Shown here: positions 47,406 to 56,119 of the stretch, piece by piece
Layout of the letters: the number at the start of each line of letters is the position of its first letter
How positions within the stretch are numbered: position 1 is the stretch's first letter
Origin: an uncultured Nitrososphaerota archaeon
Lineage (GTDB): Archaea > Asgardarchaeota > Njordarchaeia > Njordarchaeales > Njordarchaeaceae
Direction of reading: 5' to 3'
Length of the DNA stretch: 64,000 nucleotides
Assembly (NCBI GenBank): GCA_964518475.1
Contig: CAZFGR010000001.1
Span: forward strand, 128,001 to 192,000
Notes under the pieces: model-generated
Told to the model about the DNA's origin: nothing
Databases searched by the model: none
The model's input: the letters and a program-made list of their open reading frames with translations, nothing else
Position numbers and translations under genes: made by a program

Positions 47406-50267
47406 CTATCTTTGCCAAAAAACTCTCGTCCTGAAGTACGCAGCTTCTCTCTTACGCAACTCTCTTATTAGCGCTGATCGATCCTCGGCATATCGTTTTA
47501 AAATCTCTATTGCTTGTTTTGGGCCTATTCCCCTAGTTGCTACTGTTATTGCTGTTAATTCTTTATAGGTTTGTAGGAATCTACTTATTTGCTCAGCTAA
47601 TATCAGCTTTTCAACCTCTTTTGCACTTAGCTTCATTTTCTTTTTAAGCTTATCAATTATCATTGGTAACTCTTTTTCATGTTTCTTTGAAACAACAATT
47701 CTCGTTGAATCACACCGCGGACATTTAAGAAGAACATCTGAAACTGGTCTAATCTCTTTATAACCACATGATAAGCAAAGATAGAGAACTTCTTTTCTTA
47801 AGAGCCTCTCCTCATATTTTCTGATGACTAGTTTATCTAGGTCCCTAACAATCACCTGTGGCGTTACTGGTAGGGCCATACCGAGAGGTGAGAGACCACG
47901 TACAAACCAAATATTTATTTGCCCCTCATCAATTTTAAGGAGCATTTCTCTCGTGTGTTTGAGATCTAGATTGTAAAAAATATACTCATGAACAGCCTCT
48001 GCAAAAACCGGTGTGTCAATGTACTCACTTAGTATTCTCGCTAATTTCGTTTTAGATAAGTAAGTCTCGCTTTTTACGAGCCCAAACCGTTTCAAAACTT
48101 GAAGAAAATACCACATTACCTCGTTAAGCTTATTTTCTCTGACTATCTCTATCAGAAATTTCTTCAACGATGTTAGATCCCTAGCATAGTCTATTAAGGT
48201 ATTGAACGCTTCTTCTAAAGCTGTTATAAGAAAATCCTCGCGTAAGTAGAATGTTCGGTAAAGAAAGAATTGAATACGATAAGCGTCACTGTCAAACTCG
48301 GTCATGGGAAAGTTAGGATTCTCGGATAATAATGCAGCTAATAAAATAGCGAGTGTCCTATTTATGTTCGTACCGAAAGGAGAATGAATAATTACTATTC
48401 CCTTAATTTCGTCGATCTCTACTACAATGTTTTTATCGTCCGGAATCGGTCGATCCTTCGGATAACTTTCAGCAATTCCTTTTAACCATTTTTTAGCAAC
48501 GGGAGAGAAGTAACTCTCTTTCAAAGTCTCTTCAAAATTTATCCTCCAAGTTTTTCTGATCTTACCAACTTCTTGCGCCACCTCAAACGAGACAGGAAGG
48601 AGCTCCCCTGTCCACTTAGGCGGAACGGCTTCAATATTGGCAGGAGAGACGAAAACAGCTTTTTTCTCAGCATTAATCTCAAGTACTTCTCTAGGAATAC
48701 CAGCTAAAAGGAAGTGATCTCCTACTTCAGTTTCCAATACGAATTTCTCATCTACTTCTCCAATCTTTCTTCCTTCCTCAATATCAATGACGTCATATTT
48801 CAAAACGGAGGGGATTGTTGAAACATTCTCAAAATAATAACTTAATGCACCTTTTCTGAGAATTATCCGTCCTCGCTCTCTAATAATTAACCTACAGCGT
48901 TGTTCTAAGAAGTTTAGTACCCATTTGAAATCTTCTATTGAAAGCTCTCTAAATGGGTATGCTCTTTTTATTACCTGGTAAACCTCCGATTCTCTCGGAT
49001 AAACTCCTCGATCTAAATATTTTTCCCGTACAATTCCGATTATCTGATGAGCCAGCACGTCATAACTTACGTCTATTACTTTTAAAGGCTCTAATATCCC
49101 CTTCTTGATTAGTCTAGCAATAGCCAACGATTCATATAGATCATCAATTGTCGAAGCTATTATAACTCCCCGAGTTATTAACGATATTCTATGACCAGAT
49201 CGCCCTATTCGCTGAAGCGCTGTCTCAACACGTCGCGGACTCATTACCTGAATTACTAATCCTATCTCTCCAATATCTATTCCAAGCTCCAACGAGGATG
49301 TAGCTATGACACATTTGAGATTTCCTTCTCTGAAATCTCGTTCAATTCCCACTCTTAATTCTCTACTTAGAGAGCTATGATGAATAGCAAAAGGGAAGCG
49401 TGCATATTTCTTCATATAAAGCCCAAGTAGTTCTGCTAGATCTCTTGTATTTGTGAAAACCAGTACCTTACCCCTTTCTTTATCTACGTACTCAACAATT
49501 TTTCGAGCTATCTCGGCCACATTGACTCTTATTCCGAGACCGAAAATATTGGGCGCAGGGGATAACTCTGGTTTTACAGCATCTATTTTCAAATGAATTT
49601 TTTTATATTCCTTTGTTTCAATTATTTTTCCGCCTCTACCTCCCGTGATAAACTCCAATACTTCTCGAGGATTTTGTACAGTCGCGCTGAGGGCGATTAT
49701 TGATAGATCCCGTTGTGCTAATTCCCTCAGTCTCTCTAAACCCACAGCTAATTGGCAACCTCTCTTATTATCAACAAGAGCATGTACTTCATCTATTATA
49801 ACCCAGCGAACATTTTTCAGATATGATCTAATTCTCTTTCCACATAGAATAGATTGGAAAGATTCTGGTGTTGTGATAAGAATTTGAGGAGGTTTTTTTG
49901 CCTGCCTACTTTTCGCTGACTTGGGAGTATCGCTGTGTCTGACTTCAATAGTTATGCCTAAGGCATTTCCGATCTCAACTAATCTCTTGAAAATATCCCT
50001 ATTAAGCGATCGGAGAGGAGTTATGTAAAGTACTAAGATTCCCTTCTCTTTTATCCCTTCCTTACTCAGTAGTATGTGTAAGATAGGAAAAATTGCAGCT
50101 TCGGTCTTTCCAGCGCCAGTGGGGGCGATGAGTAGAAAATTGCCTCGAGGATTCCTAAGTATCTCTGGTATTGCTAATTCTTGTATTTTTGTCGGTTTTT
50201 TGTATCCAAATTTTCTTAGTATACTTTTCAACCTCTCGTCTAACAAGTCAAATACTTGCCTCTCCAC
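47406..50267 (-). CDS. lhr: Lhr-family SF2 helicase
   Basis: APTGAGKT, ITTPES, DEVH, LSATV, HHSSL, SLELGID, QRIGRSGH, C-terminal Zn finger. Confidence 0.94.
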   Translation of the reverse strand: MERQVFDLLDERLKSILRKFGYKKPTKIQELAIPEILRNPRGNFLLIAPTGAGKTEAAIFPILHILLSKEGIKEKGILVLYITPLRSLNRDIFKRLVEIGNALGITIEVRHSDTPKSAKSRQAKKPPQILITTPESFQSILCGKRIRSYLKNVRWVIIDEVHALVDNKRGCQLAVGLERLRELAQRDLSIIALSATVQNPREVLEFITGGRGGKIIETKEYKKIHLKIDAVKPELSPAPNIFGLGIRVNVAEIARKIVEYVDKERGKVLVFTNTRDLAELLGLYMKKYARFPFAIHHSSLSRELRVGIERDFREGNLKCVIATSSLELGIDIGEIGLVIQVMSPRRVETALQRIGRSGHRISLITRGVIIASTIDDLYESLAIARLIKKGILEPLKVIDVSYDVLAHQIIGIVREKYLDRGVYPRESEVYQVIKRAYPFRELSIEDFKWVLNFLEQRCRLIIRERGRIILRKGALSYYFENVSTIPSVLKYDVIDIEEGRKIGEVDEKFVLETEVGDHFLLAGIPREVLEINAEKKAVFVSPANIEAVPPKWTGELLPVSFEVAQEVGKIRKTWRINFEETLKESYFSPVAKKWLKGIAESYPKDRPIPDDKNIVVEIDEIKGIVIIHSPFGTNINRTLAILLAALLSENPNFPMTEFDSDAYRIQFFLYRTFYLREDFLITALEEAFNTLIDYARDLTSLKKFLIEIVRENKLNEVMWYFLQVLKRFGLVKSETYLSKTKLARILSEYIDTPVFAEAVHEYIFYNLDLKHTREMLLKIDEGQINIWFVRGLSPLGMALPVTPQVIVRDLDKLVIRKYEERLLRKEVLYLCLSCGYKEIRPVSDVLLKCPRCDSTRIVVSKKHEKELPMIIDKLKKKMKLSAKEVEKLILAEQISRFLQTYKELTAITVATRGIGPKQAIEILKRYAEDRSALIRELRKREAAYFRTRVFWQR

Positions 50268-50692
50268 TATTTTGCCTCCTCATAGATTTCCTGCAGAAGC
50301 GCTTCTGCAAAATTTCCTAACGTATTTATTAGAACCTTATCACTCAGAATACTTTGCACTATTCTCTTTATTCTCTCTGGCGACTCTCTAAGCACGTCCT
50401 CTACAACATCTCTTTCATCGAAAGGCAATAAGTTGAGACATTCTCTACTTAATTTATAAATCTCCAAAAAGCTCTGTAATATGATTTCCTTCTTCCCCTC
50501 TCTACAAGCTTCCGACAGTTTACTAAGCATATATCTTAGTTTAAGCATGTATTCTGGAGGGATCCGTTCATCATCAAGAACACTTTCTAAGACAAAAGAT
50601 ATAGCGTCTAGAAGTTCTAAGAAAAGTTGTTGAGTTTTTCTCAATATATCTTCCCTCCTGAGCCTCTGGGGAGAACTCAGAGCTGGTGCCAT
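50267..50692 (-). CDS. Hypothetical alpha-helical protein coupled to lhr
   Basis: 141-aa ORF whose stop overlaps the lhr start; its 5' end overlaps a C/D sRNA, so the start is uncertain. Confidence 0.55.
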   Translation of the reverse strand: MAPALSSPQRLRREDILRKTQQLFLELLDAISFVLESVLDDERIPPEYMLKLRYMLSKLSEACREGKKEIILQSFLEIYKLSRECLNLLPFDERDVVEDVLRESPERIKRIVQSILSDKVLINTLGNFAEALLQEIYEEAK

Positions 50693-50739
50693 TCTTCATT
50701 TTTCAGTCGAAACACTCCCTCTTCATCGTTCTCTTCCCC
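50668..50739 (-). ncRNA. Box C/D guide sRNA (downstream member of a tandem pair)
   Basis: GAGAAC-G-ATGAAGA-GGGAGTGTTTCGA-CTGA-aaa-ATGAAGA-ATGGCACCAGCT-CTGA-GTTCTC, with terminal stem. Confidence 0.85.
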
Positions 50740-50749
50740 GGCGTTGGAT

Positions 50750-50806
50750 CGTCAGGCGGCCCATCAGCTCATCACGAAATCAGTAGCGCTGGGATTCATC
50801 ATCTTG
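50750..50806 (-). ncRNA. Box C/D guide sRNA (upstream member of a tandem pair)
   Basis: ATGATGA-ATCCCAGCGCTA-CTGA-tttc-GTGATGA-GCTGATGGGCCGC-CTGA; D guide antisense to the 16S-like GCGGCCCAUCAG. Confidence 0.9.
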
Positions 50807-50886
50807 TTACTGCTGGATAACAAAATTAGTACCTGTTCTTAAAAAATAAGTTGGTTTATTCTGTAAGGGACCAAATCATAATTCAG

Positions 50887-51438
50887 TTAGTGATATATAA
50901 TAAAATCTTTTTTCTTAAAATTGCTTTTACCCGCCACCGCTAAGAAAACCATGAAAGCCTGTAAAAAATGCGCAATTCCCGCTTTTCCTTTGAAATTAAA
51001 CCACCACGCTCTAAAAACCGGTGGCATACAAAAAGGTTTATAATTAGTCCACTTTCGAAGCATCATTATGAATTCTCTATCCCATCTAGGATCTCCTATT
51101 GTGGGAGGATGTTTAGGATAACTTATTGGGACGTTTATTGTTACTGTTAACCAGTATTCTCGTCCCATATTAAAGAGTTCACCAACATTAACATCTACAA
51201 GGAATCTTTGCGGATTATTCTTTGCGATACGGAGATTCTTGAAAGGTACATTAGCATTGAATAATCTCCATGTTTCGAATACTCTAATTTCTTCCTTGAC
51301 TCTGTCGAGCCATTTATTTGTACGTGGAGAAGCTATTATTTGAAGCGATGGGATATCTGTATAGAAATTCCACACGAGAGGAATACCACGAGCTTTTTTC
51401 TGCCTTAAGACGATCTTTAGAGACGGGAGGTCTTTCAA
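50887..51438 (-). CDS. UFC1-like (Ufm1-conjugating) E2 enzyme
   Basis: [42 protein letters not shown]...GIAHFL...FLAV, collinear with UFC1 motifs. Confidence 0.8.
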   Translation of the reverse strand: [183 protein letters not shown]

Positions 51439-51818
51439 CGTCTAACTCCTTCTTTTAATGTACTGAAATCTATACTTCCCCTTATAGCTGGCTTTATTAG
51501 TTTTGCCCCTTTTTTGAAACATAAATCACAGTGTTCTTCATTATTCTCGTTAACAACTTCAAAATCGTTCCACACATTTTTCTTACCCCGTTCATTTAAA
51601 CATTCATCACAGACCCAGATGCCTCTCTCTATAGGTATAACGACAAAAGATGCTTCACTTTCACAAATATCACACTGCACCATATCCTCACTTTCGACTT
51701 TTAGAATAAAGCTATCTTTCAGCGCGCCTCTGAGAGTAAGCAGGATTAAACAATCTGGACATACATATGTTTTATCAGAAATTCTCTCTCCAGAATTAAT
51801 GGTTATTTCATTAAGCAT
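51435..51818 (-). CDS. Zn-finger repeat protein (4 CxxC)
   Basis: CPDC, CDIC, CDEC, CDLC; 4-nt overlap with the UFC1-like gene. Confidence 0.75.
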   Translation of the reverse strand: MLNEITINSGERISDKTYVCPDCLILLTLRGALKDSFILKVESEDMVQCDICESEASFVVIPIERGIWVCDECLNERGKKNVWNDFEVVNENNEEHCDLCFKKGAKLIKPAIRGSIDFSTLKEGVRR

Positions 51819-51937
51819 TTAGTTTCCCTCAGTATATTTCATGTTTTAATAAACTCTTGCCACATGAATCTTTAGGAGACGCATTTTATTTAAATTACTT
51901 TTGGATTAAAAATCAGCCAGTCTCTGGGTGATAGTAT

Positions 51938-52051
51938 ATGGGTGCGGACGAAATTTTACGACAATGGCACGAATTTATGCGTGCTTTCCGAGCAAAAAAG
52001 AAAGCAAAAAGAAGCAGATCGCATAGAAAGAAACGGCCCAAGAAAAAATAG
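51938..52051 (+). CDS. Small basic protein (37 aa)
   Basis: MGADEILRQWHEFMRAFRAKKKAKRSRSHRKKRPKKK; GGTGAT RBS; AT-rich TATA-like stretch upstream; T-run downstream. Confidence 0.65.
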   Translation: MGADEILRQWHEFMRAFRAKKKAKRSRSHRKKRPKKK

Positions 52052-52243
52052 AACCATTTTTTAAGCACTCAAATCGTTATCTTATATCTTGCTATTTTCT
52101 AAATTTCTTGTTCTGAAAATGTGCCTACTTCATCAATTATTAATTATCTTTAAAACCGTTAATCATTAAAAGTATTTTAACTCAGTTTGATTTTAAGAAA
52201 GATCCTTATTAAAGATCATTGCTTAGCTACTGAGAGGATCACA

Positions 52244-54115
52244 ATGTCATTGCAAGGTATATTAAAGGGTATTCTTAGAAAAGAAGAAAGCTTTGAGCGA
52301 AGATGTAAGTATCTTGAACGTCTTCTCGATGCTGACATAAAGCAACTTGAAACAAATATTCTTGGTATAACAAAAACTATTGAACTAATAGAGTACAGAG
52401 TACGAGCAGGAGATGTTCAGGAAAAGGTAGTTCTAGTAGAATTTCTAAGAGTATTAAGCGAAGTCTCTGTGCGATCACAAAGATTAAGCTCGGTGGTATT
52501 GGATTTCCTCATTAGTCGTTTGAAAAAATTGGCTGATTTTCTAATAGCAGATGACTACTTATTATCAAACTATATTGCTGCTCTTCGAATTCCTCTAAAA
52601 AATGAGACTTGGCGAGTTTTTGAGTTAATTGATACTTTAAGAGGTATCGTGCTCACAGACAGATTTGAGGAATCTAGAAAAGCTGTTTTAAGAACTTTAA
52701 ATGATATAGCCTGGAACCTCCCTTACATAATAAGTGATTTTAAAGATGCACTCCCGAAACTGCTCAAAGAATCGCCACCAGATATAAAATCGCTTACTAT
52801 TCATTTTATAGCCCGTATCCTTTCCAGAAATCTCTATGCAACAAAATCTCTCATAACAGAGCTTCTAGCCAGTGATCTAAGCCTTATTTCGGAGATACTA
52901 GACGTAGCCACGTACTTGCCTATTCCTCTTCAACACAAAGAAATTGCTGAATCCTTCTTTAATGTAATCTATGAGAGATATTTAGTTTCCTCTGAACCGA
53001 GTGAACAGATGAAATTGCTTAGGGAACTCTCTAAGATCATTAGAATTAATCCCTTCCCAGATCTTCAAAATAAGTTTCTAGAAATCGCTCTTGATAAACT
53101 ACTTAAAGGAGGAGCCGAAAATCTTGACATTAAGGCGAATTTATTAGAAATTTTATCGTCAATATCTTGGCATCCAGAGGTTCGTATTGATAAATTAGTT
53201 GATACATTAATTAATGCTCTTCACAATCCATTAGAAAGAGAAGAGATCCGAGGAAAAGTTATAGAAGCTTTAATGAAGACGATCATTCGTTATCCTCAAT
53301 TCATTTCAGAAGCGTATTCTGCCCTGCTAGATGCTTACGAGTTATGCTCATCCGCAGAGAATAAAACACGTTTAATAAAGAGTTTACAAGCATTGCTTAA
53401 CCTTGTCCGTGACAGAGCTCTTGCATTAAGAACTACGACATTATTGCTTAACATCATGCAGGATGTAGGGGAAGAAGAAAGTGTTAGGGTTAATGCTTCT
53501 GAGTTATTAACAGAACTATCAAAACGTTTTCCAGACATTATAGCAGAGTTGAGTTCTAATATTCTGTCTATTTTCAATTCATTAAACGAATGGGATTTAA
53601 GGGATTCCCTCGTAAGAATTGCTGGAGAAGCTGTAAAGAAAGGATTTTCGGATGAATATTTAGTGGACATTCTGGTAAATGCTCTTAGTGATGAGTGGAT
53701 CTATAGTACTGCTCTTGATTATCTAGTCGTCTTGGCTTATAACAAACCTGAAAGCCTACTCGAAAAAATATCGAAACTAAGAAAATTCTTAGAAGTGATT
53801 AGTTCTGTGGAAAAGGAAATCCTTGAAGAGGAAAATATGGAGGCTTACTATTACCATATTGAAACACCCAAGCGTATTTTCTATAGAATTCTGCGAGAAA
53901 TAGTAACAAGAACTAAACAAGCACTAGAGGAGATTCTAGAAATATTGATTATCGGGTCAAAAGAAGAAACTAATGAGATAATTATTAGAGATATTGCTCA
54001 GACAATAAAAGATATCATCGAAATCGATGAAGAATTCAAAGAAAAACTTAATTTGAATGAGTTAAATCCCCTTCTACTAGATACACTTAAACAGTTCGGT
54101 TTAAATATAAGTTAA
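52244..54115 (+). CDS. HEAT/ARM-like alpha-solenoid protein
   Basis: Repeats such as EEIRGKVIEALMKT, ESVRVNASELLTEL, WDLRDSLVRIAGE; start set at MSLQG. Confidence 0.75.
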   Translation: MSLQGILKGILRKEESFERRCKYLERLLDADIKQLETNILGITKTIELIEYRVRAGDVQEKVVLVEFLRVLSEVSVRSQRLSSVVLDFLISRLKKLADFLIADDYLLSNYIAALRIPLKNETWRVFELIDTLRGIVLTDRFEESRKAVLRTLNDIAWNLPYIISDFKDALPKLLKESPPDIKSLTIHFIARILSRNLYATKSLITELLASDLSLISEILDVATYLPIPLQHKEIAESFFNVIYERYLVSSEPSEQMKLLRELSKIIRINPFPDLQNKFLEIALDKLLKGGAENLDIKANLLEILSSISWHPEVRIDKLVDTLINALHNPLEREEIRGKVIEALMKTIIRYPQFISEAYSALLDAYELCSSAENKTRLIKSLQALLNLVRDRALALRTTTLLLNIMQDVGEEESVRVNASELLTELSKRFPDIIAELSSNILSIFNSLNEWDLRDSLVRIAGEAVKKGFSDEYLVDILVNALSDEWIYSTALDYLVVLAYNKPESLLEKISKLRKFLEVISSVEKEILEEENMEAYYYHIETPKRIFYRILREIVTRTKQALEEILEILIIGSKEETNEIIIRDIAQTIKDIIEIDEEFKEKLNLNELNPLLLDTLKQFGLNIS

Positions 54116-54159
54116 GAATTGTTGAATGTTAAATTCCAAATGATTAGTTGGTGAAGTAG

Positions 54160-55002
54160 ATGATAAGAGCCGTAGCAATATATGATGCGTTAGATAATCA
54201 GATATTTTATACAGACTTTGCACAATATGCACTAAACCTTTCATTTATAACAAACTCATTATTCGAAATGAAGGAACTTATCAGTAAGCAGTTAGAAGAT
54301 ATCACTATAAGCAGATATCGCGTAGGCGCATTATTTGAGCCCGATTATACAATAGTAGTATTAGCCGATAGAACTAATAGGAAGGAAGAATTAGAAGAAT
54401 TTACTCTGAATCTAAACATACTTGTAAAGAAGATATTTGGGGAGGATATTTCGAGCGAAAGCTTTCAAGATGAAGAAAAAGTTGATAAATTCTCTGATGA
54501 ATTAGAGAAACTCGTTGGTAAAATACCTGTTAAGATAACCTTTGTAGGATCTGGTGGTGTTGGAAAAACTACTATGGTAAGACTACTAGCGAGAGGAATA
54601 ATAACGTCCGAGTACACACCAACAATTTTTGCAGATGTCGAACATATAGACGTTCTTATCCCACCATTCACGATATCTCTTTTCACAGTAGCTGGACAGG
54701 AAAGATATAGAAAAACATGGGATATTGTCTCTGAAGCCACAGATATCGTAGTACTCGTACTTGACAGCACGAAAAGTAATCTAAAAGAAACAAGAGAAGT
54801 TATTTATCCAAAGATCCGCCAACTAGCTCCCTATGCACGATATGTGGCTATTGCAAATAAACAGGACTTACCTGAAGCATTGCCGCCAGCGATTATTGAA
54901 GAGGAAATAGGACTACCCACCTATGGAATGATCGCGATAAGAGAAGACGCTCGAGAAAGGTTATCAACAATTATTAAACAGATATTAACCACGATTCCTT
55001 AA
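54160..55002 (+). CDS. Longin-like domain fused to a small GTPase
   Basis: N-terminal MIRAVAIYD...; GSGGVGKTT, YTPTI, TVAGQERY, NKQDL. Confidence 0.85.
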   Translation: MIRAVAIYDALDNQIFYTDFAQYALNLSFITNSLFEMKELISKQLEDITISRYRVGALFEPDYTIVVLADRTNRKEELEEFTLNLNILVKKIFGEDISSESFQDEEKVDKFSDELEKLVGKIPVKITFVGSGGVGKTTMVRLLARGIITSEYTPTIFADVEHIDVLIPPFTISLFTVAGQERYRKTWDIVSEATDIVVLVLDSTKSNLKETREVIYPKIRQLAPYARYVAIANKQDLPEALPPAIIEEEIGLPTYGMIAIREDARERLSTIIKQILTTIP

Positions 55003-55116
55003 AGCGATAAATAAAAAATTAGAATAGTGTGGTAGACAGTAAATAGTACAACTAGAACCCCAAGCTGTTGTTCAAAAATTAGACATCATGTTTCTCGCAT
55101 AATGTATTTTCATTCC

Positions 55117-56112
55117 TCACAAATAACCTATTTTCTTATACCAATCTATCGTTATTTTCATGCCCTCTTCAAACTTGTATCGAGGATTGTAATTCAGTTC
55201 TCTCCTAGCTTTCTCAATACTATAAACTCTGTCTGTTAACATATCTTCAACAACGGATACATGAAACACAAAATCATCAATTCCCTTAATGGCATTCCAT
55301 TTCTCAATTAGCCATACTACCGCTTTAGCAAGCCATACTGGCATGGATCCCCTTGGAGGTGGAACACCAAGAGTATTTGCGATTATTGTAAAAGCCTCTT
55401 TATATGTATAGTAGTCTTCACTAGTAATTATGTATATTTCTCCAATAGCTTTATCTCTATGTTGCAACGCCCTTAAGTAACCTTGGACAACATCCTTAAC
55501 GAAAACAAATTGAATGTAATGATTTCCACCACTAGGTAGTCTCTTCAATAGTCCCTTCGCAATAGCTCTGATAACTGAATACGTGACATATAGATCCCCA
55601 GGACCATAGACCCCCGATGGTCTTATAATCGTGACCGGTAATCCTTCTCTATGATAGTAATTTAGGGCTAACTCCTCTGCTAAGAGTTTAGAACGACCAT
55701 AATCATATACCGGGTTCGTGGGGGAATTCTCGTCAGCTGGAATCTTCTCAACAGGTCCTATTACCTCGGTAGTACTTGTAAGAATGAAATGATCCACATC
55801 CGCCCTTAAGGCTTCTTTTATGATGTTTTCCGTTCCAAGAACGTTTACTCTATACAGATCTTCCCATTTCACACCATGGAATTTCATTAACGCTGCGAGA
55901 TGAACAACTGCTTCGACACCTTTCGCTATTCCTTTCAACGTTTCTGGCTTTGTAATATCCCCTTTAACTAGCTTAGCCCCCATTTCCTCTAATTTTTTAG
56001 CCATTTCAAGACTTCTTACCAACGCTTTTACGGAGTATCCCTCATTTATAAGACTCTCTACAAGATGTTTACCTATGAAACCCGTGCCTCCAGTAACTAG
56101 GACTTCTGTCAT
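55117..56112 (-). CDS. Extended SDR (NAD-dependent epimerase/dehydratase, 3beta-HSD-like)
   Basis: TGGTGFIG, VHLAA, YGRSK, RPSGVYGPGD. Confidence 0.92.
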   Translation of the reverse strand: MTEVLVTGGTGFIGKHLVESLINEGYSVKALVRSLEMAKKLEEMGAKLVKGDITKPETLKGIAKGVEAVVHLAALMKFHGVKWEDLYRVNVLGTENIIKEALRADVDHFILTSTTEVIGPVEKIPADENSPTNPVYDYGRSKLLAEELALNYYHREGLPVTIIRPSGVYGPGDLYVTYSVIRAIAKGLLKRLPSGGNHYIQFVFVKDVVQGYLRALQHRDKAIGEIYIITSEDYYTYKEAFTIIANTLGVPPPRGSMPVWLAKAVVWLIEKWNAIKGIDDFVFHVSVVEDMLTDRVYSIEKARRELNYNPRYKFEEGMKITIDWYKKIGYL

Positions 56113-56119
56113 AATACTT

